From an uncultured Gemmatimonadaceae bacterium (GTDB lineage: Bacteria > Gemmatimonadota > Gemmatimonadetes > Gemmatimonadales > GWC2-71-9), in contig CAZOJI010000012.1 in assembly GCA_964580055.1 (NCBI GenBank), forward strand, positions 7,581 through 71,580: a stretch of DNA of 64,000 bases. The letters run 5' to 3'. Positions 61,390 through 64,000 of this stretch are shown here, one piece after another. The translations under genes and the position numbers were made by a program. The first letter of the stretch is position 1, and each line of letters opens with the position of its first letter. A model generated the notes under the pieces. That model had not been told where the DNA came from and did not search any database. It worked only from the letters and a program-made list of their open reading frames with translations.

Positions 61390-61512
61390 GGACGGTACGG
61401 AGCGGTAGGAGACGGCAAGAGACGGTATTGGGTTGGGTGCAGTGCCGCATGCATGCCGTTTTCAAAGGTTTCCACACTGCGCCTTACCGCCCCTTTGCCA
61501 CCTCTTACCGCC
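61390..61512. repeat. Two oppositely oriented degenerate ~10-bp arrays (core CGGTA / TACCG)
   Basis: GGACGGTACG GAGCGGTAGG AGACGGCAAG AGACGGTATT at 61390-61429; TTACCGCC units at 61483-61512. Confidence 0.55.
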
Positions 61513-61518
61513 ATCTCT

Positions 61519-61704
61519 TCACCCACACCGGCTCCAACCACACAAAGGACAGAAGAAACAACCAGAACTCGGGTAGATGATCCCCTGGCACTCCGGGCAC
61601 CTTAGAACATCGATTTGCACAGGGCTGTAGTCGCGCTGGACACGGAGATGTGGACGTGGCAACATGGTCGCGGCAACACCAATGTTCGGTTTGTCTTTGG
61701 TCAT
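61519..61704 (-). CDS. Small Zn-ribbon protein resembling the C-terminal tail of class II ribonucleotide reductases
   Basis: CPECQG..SGCFFCPLCGWSRCG; 61 aa; first gene of the cassette. Confidence 0.7.
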   Translation of the reverse strand: MTKDKPNIGVAATMLPRPHLRVQRDYSPVQIDVLRCPECQGIIYPSSGCFFCPLCGWSRCG

Positions 61705-61706
61705 GG

Positions 61707-61725
61707 TACCGAATATATACCGAAC
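61707..61725 (-). promoter_or_regulatory. Candidate LexA (SOS) box
   Basis: Minus strand GTTC-GGTATAT-ATTC (TACCGAA direct repeat, 11-bp period) 6 nt upstream of the ATG at 61704. Confidence 0.6.
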
Positions 61726-61883
61726 ATCGCTCCGGCACAACCCTGCGAAACAAAACGTTATGTGGCTTCCGAGCGGCTATCCTTGCGCGTTACTCCCGGA
61801 GCGGTGAAATTCCGCCCGTTTATCGTGTCAGCTTCGGCACTCTTTTCTCTATCGCGGCTATATGCGGCCACAGCAATGATCCG

Positions 61884-63056
61884 ATGACCGGCGGTTCACA
61901 CCCGCCAGCCACTACAGCAGCAAAGCTCGCAACTCACCCGCTGGCGCGGGTAGCGGCAATTCTCTCTCTATTGTTCGTATTCCTGGTCGGCGTTAACGGG
62001 CTGGGCGATGGTTTCAAATCACTGGGCAACGATTTCCTGGACGCGTTCTTCACCGCCACGGAAAACCCCTTCATCGGATTGATGGTCGGTATCCTCGCCA
62101 CGTCGCTGGTACAGAGTTCGTCCGTCTCTACGTCGCTGATCGTCGCCCTCGTGGCGGCTCCGGAGAACCCGCTTCCGTTAGCCAACGCGGTCCCGATGGT
62201 GATGGGTGCCAACATCGGTACCACTGTCACCAACACTCTCGTTTCGCTGGCCCATATGGGTAGGAAAGAGGAGTTACGCAGGGCCTTTGCCGTGGCCACC
62301 TGTCACGACTTCTTCAACGTCCTGGCCGTTTTGGTGTTGCTGCCGCTCGAAATGCTGACCGGCTACCTCCGGTTCTTGGCCGACAAGCTTTCTTCCTTCG
62401 TGACCGGGCTGGGCGGCGTGGATTACGAGAGTCCGATCAAGGGTGCCCTGAAGGCTGCGGTCGATCCGATAAAAGCGGTCACCCATCTTGCGTTCGAGTC
62501 GACGCAGCTTCAGGCCCTCTTGCAGATTGTCGTATGCGCGTGTTTGATCTTCTTCGCGCTGTTGCTTCTAGTAAGGATCTTGCGGGCGACCATGCGAGCT
62601 CGCGTGGAGGCCAGCGTCTCGAGGGCGTTCGACCAGAACGCGCTGCTCGCGATGTTTGTGGGCATGGCGGTAACCGTGATGGTGCAGTCCAGTTCGATCA
62701 CTACCTCGCTGCTGGTACCGCTGGCGGCTGCGGGCGTATTGACGCTACGGCAGGCGTTCCCCATCACCATCGGTTCCAACATCGGGACCACTCTCACCGC
62801 ACTGTTGGCGGCCATGGCGGCGACAGGCGAGAATGCGGTCGCGGGAATCACGATTGCCTTGGTTCATTTGTTGTTCAACTTGAGCGGTACGTTGCTGATC
62901 TATCCGGTGAGACGAATTCGTAATATTCCGCTGTCGGGTGCCAGGTGGTTCGCGGACGTGGTTGTGGAACACCGCCACGTGGCGATCATCGCCATATTAT
63001 TCTCCTTCTACGGTGTTCCTGCGCTCTTTGCGGTGCTGAACAATCTCCTCACGTAG
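61884..63056 (+). CDS. Na/Pi cotransporter family protein
   Basis: Two QSSS..TS and G(A/S)NIGT repeats. Confidence 0.93.
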   Translation: MTGGSHPPATTAAKLATHPLARVAAILSLLFVFLVGVNGLGDGFKSLGNDFLDAFFTATENPFIGLMVGILATSLVQSSSVSTSLIVALVAAPENPLPLANAVPMVMGANIGTTVTNTLVSLAHMGRKEELRRAFAVATCHDFFNVLAVLVLLPLEMLTGYLRFLADKLSSFVTGLGGVDYESPIKGALKAAVDPIKAVTHLAFESTQLQALLQIVVCACLIFFALLLLVRILRATMRARVEASVSRAFDQNALLAMFVGMAVTVMVQSSSITTSLLVPLAAAGVLTLRQAFPITIGSNIGTTLTALLAAMAATGENAVAGITIALVHLLFNLSGTLLIYPVRRIRNIPLSGARWFADVVVEHRHVAIIAILFSFYGVPALFAVLNNLLT

Positions 63057-63059
63057 GCT

Positions 63060-63764
63060 ATGGGGGCATCTATGCTTCGTCAGTTGATCAGCATTTTCCG
63101 ATCCTACAATCCACTCGCCACGATGGGTGAGAACTTCGCCCAGATGCTCAAGATCGCCTACGAGACCACCATGAAGGCTGGTGAGTTCTTTTCCGGGGTC
63201 AATCTCACGCCCGAGCAACGTACGTGGATTTACCAGCAAGACGTGCAGGTTAACAAAATGCAACGTAGGATCAGGAAGCAGGTGATCGCACATCTTTCGA
63301 TAGCGGGCACTGCTCCCGACCTGCCTTACTGTCTGTTGTTGATGAGCCTGGTGAAGGATGTCGAGCGTCTCGGTGATTATGCGAAGAACCTCTCGGAAAT
63401 TGCGGATCTCCGAATCACCTCGCTTCCGGATGACGAACTGCTCGCAGAGCTACTCGAGATCCGGTCGACAGTCGAGGCGGCTTTCGCGGTAACCGCCGAC
63501 GTATTCGAGCGGTCAGACACAGAGCGTGCTTTGGAATTGATGCGTCAAGGTCAAGATATAGCACGGAGGTGCGACATGCTCGTCGAGCGAATAGCGCGCT
63601 CGGAACACGACGCAAAGACGGTCACGGCGCTCATTCTGGGAACCCGATACTACAAGAGGATCGGCGGGCATGTTCGCAACATCCTTTCCGGCGTGACGAT
63701 GCCCCTGCACAAGCTCGATTATTACGACGAGGATGCGTTGCGCCACGAGGAGGATTCGGACTAG
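63060..63764 (+). CDS. PhoU-domain protein
   Basis: DVQVN..R, KDVERLGDYAKN, RYYKRIGGH..NI; follows the Na/Pi transporter. Confidence 0.88.
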   Translation: MGASMLRQLISIFRSYNPLATMGENFAQMLKIAYETTMKAGEFFSGVNLTPEQRTWIYQQDVQVNKMQRRIRKQVIAHLSIAGTAPDLPYCLLLMSLVKDVERLGDYAKNLSEIADLRITSLPDDELLAELLEIRSTVEAAFAVTADVFERSDTERALELMRQGQDIARRCDMLVERIARSEHDAKTVTALILGTRYYKRIGGHVRNILSGVTMPLHKLDYYDEDALRHEEDSD

Positions 63765-63785
63765 CCCCCCGCCCTCATCCGACCG

Positions 63786-64000
63786 TTAGTGGGTGGTCCC
63801 GTCGCCGAACAGCGCGGCAACGATCTCGAACGTAGGAGCAGCACTACCTGCCCGAGGTTGATCTTCCAGCCAGCTGGCGAGCGACCGGCGCGAGACCTTT
63901 GCCGAGAGCACGTCCTCCAGAGAGCGCTCAGCGCCGATGGTCAATCCCTGTCTCAGCCGTTTCAGTACCTCATCGAGTGCCGAAAGCAAGCCCTGTTCGC
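63786..64000 (-). CDS. 3' end of an unidentified CDS entering from the window edge
   Basis: Frame open from the edge to the stop at 63786. Confidence 0.4.
   Translation of the reverse strand, partial: EQGLLSALDEVLKRLRQGLTIGAERSLEDVLSAKVSRRSLASWLEDQPRAGSAAPTFEIVAALFGDGTTH

Noticed and set aside
61884-63764. Na/Pi transporter with separate PhoU gene as a novel system
   Set aside because: A well-known association; no clear Pho box seen
1-64000. tRNA, rRNA, IS, prophage or defence islands
   Set aside because: No cloverleaf/T-loop structures, transposase, integrase or phage motifs were recognised by eye

Overview
GC-rich bacterial core-genome window. Gene content and small conserved hypotheticals suggest Gemmatimonadota (inference). 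It contains peptidases/hydrolases, rnd, def, a sufR-sufBCDSU-Rieske operon, mnmG-parS-parA-parB-M23-bactofilin, queG, an aminotransferase-LOG-deoxyhypusine/homospermidine synthase-fadIJ-ProDH-rsgA run, a Ser/Thr kinase, lon, a LeuD-LeuC-type aconitase fusion, OmpA, an MCP, a DExH helicase, ispH, an error-prone polymerase cassette and Na/Pi-PhoU genes. I saw no tRNA, rRNA, CRISPR array or transposase. The most notable signals are five. (1) An ImuA-less mutagenesis operon (stand-alone Zn-ribbon, radical SAM, imuB, small Trp-rich protein, dnaE2) sits behind a GTTC-N7-(G/A)TTC SOS-like box. (2) A CxxU SelW/Rdx selenoprotein with a bacterial SECIS-like hairpin is missed by the ORF track. (3) There is a sharp local G-to-C skew flip at parS. 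(4) A DExH helicase has motif Ia before Walker A. (5) An aconitase has its swivel domain first. All calls come from reading motifs by eye, and no database searches were run.
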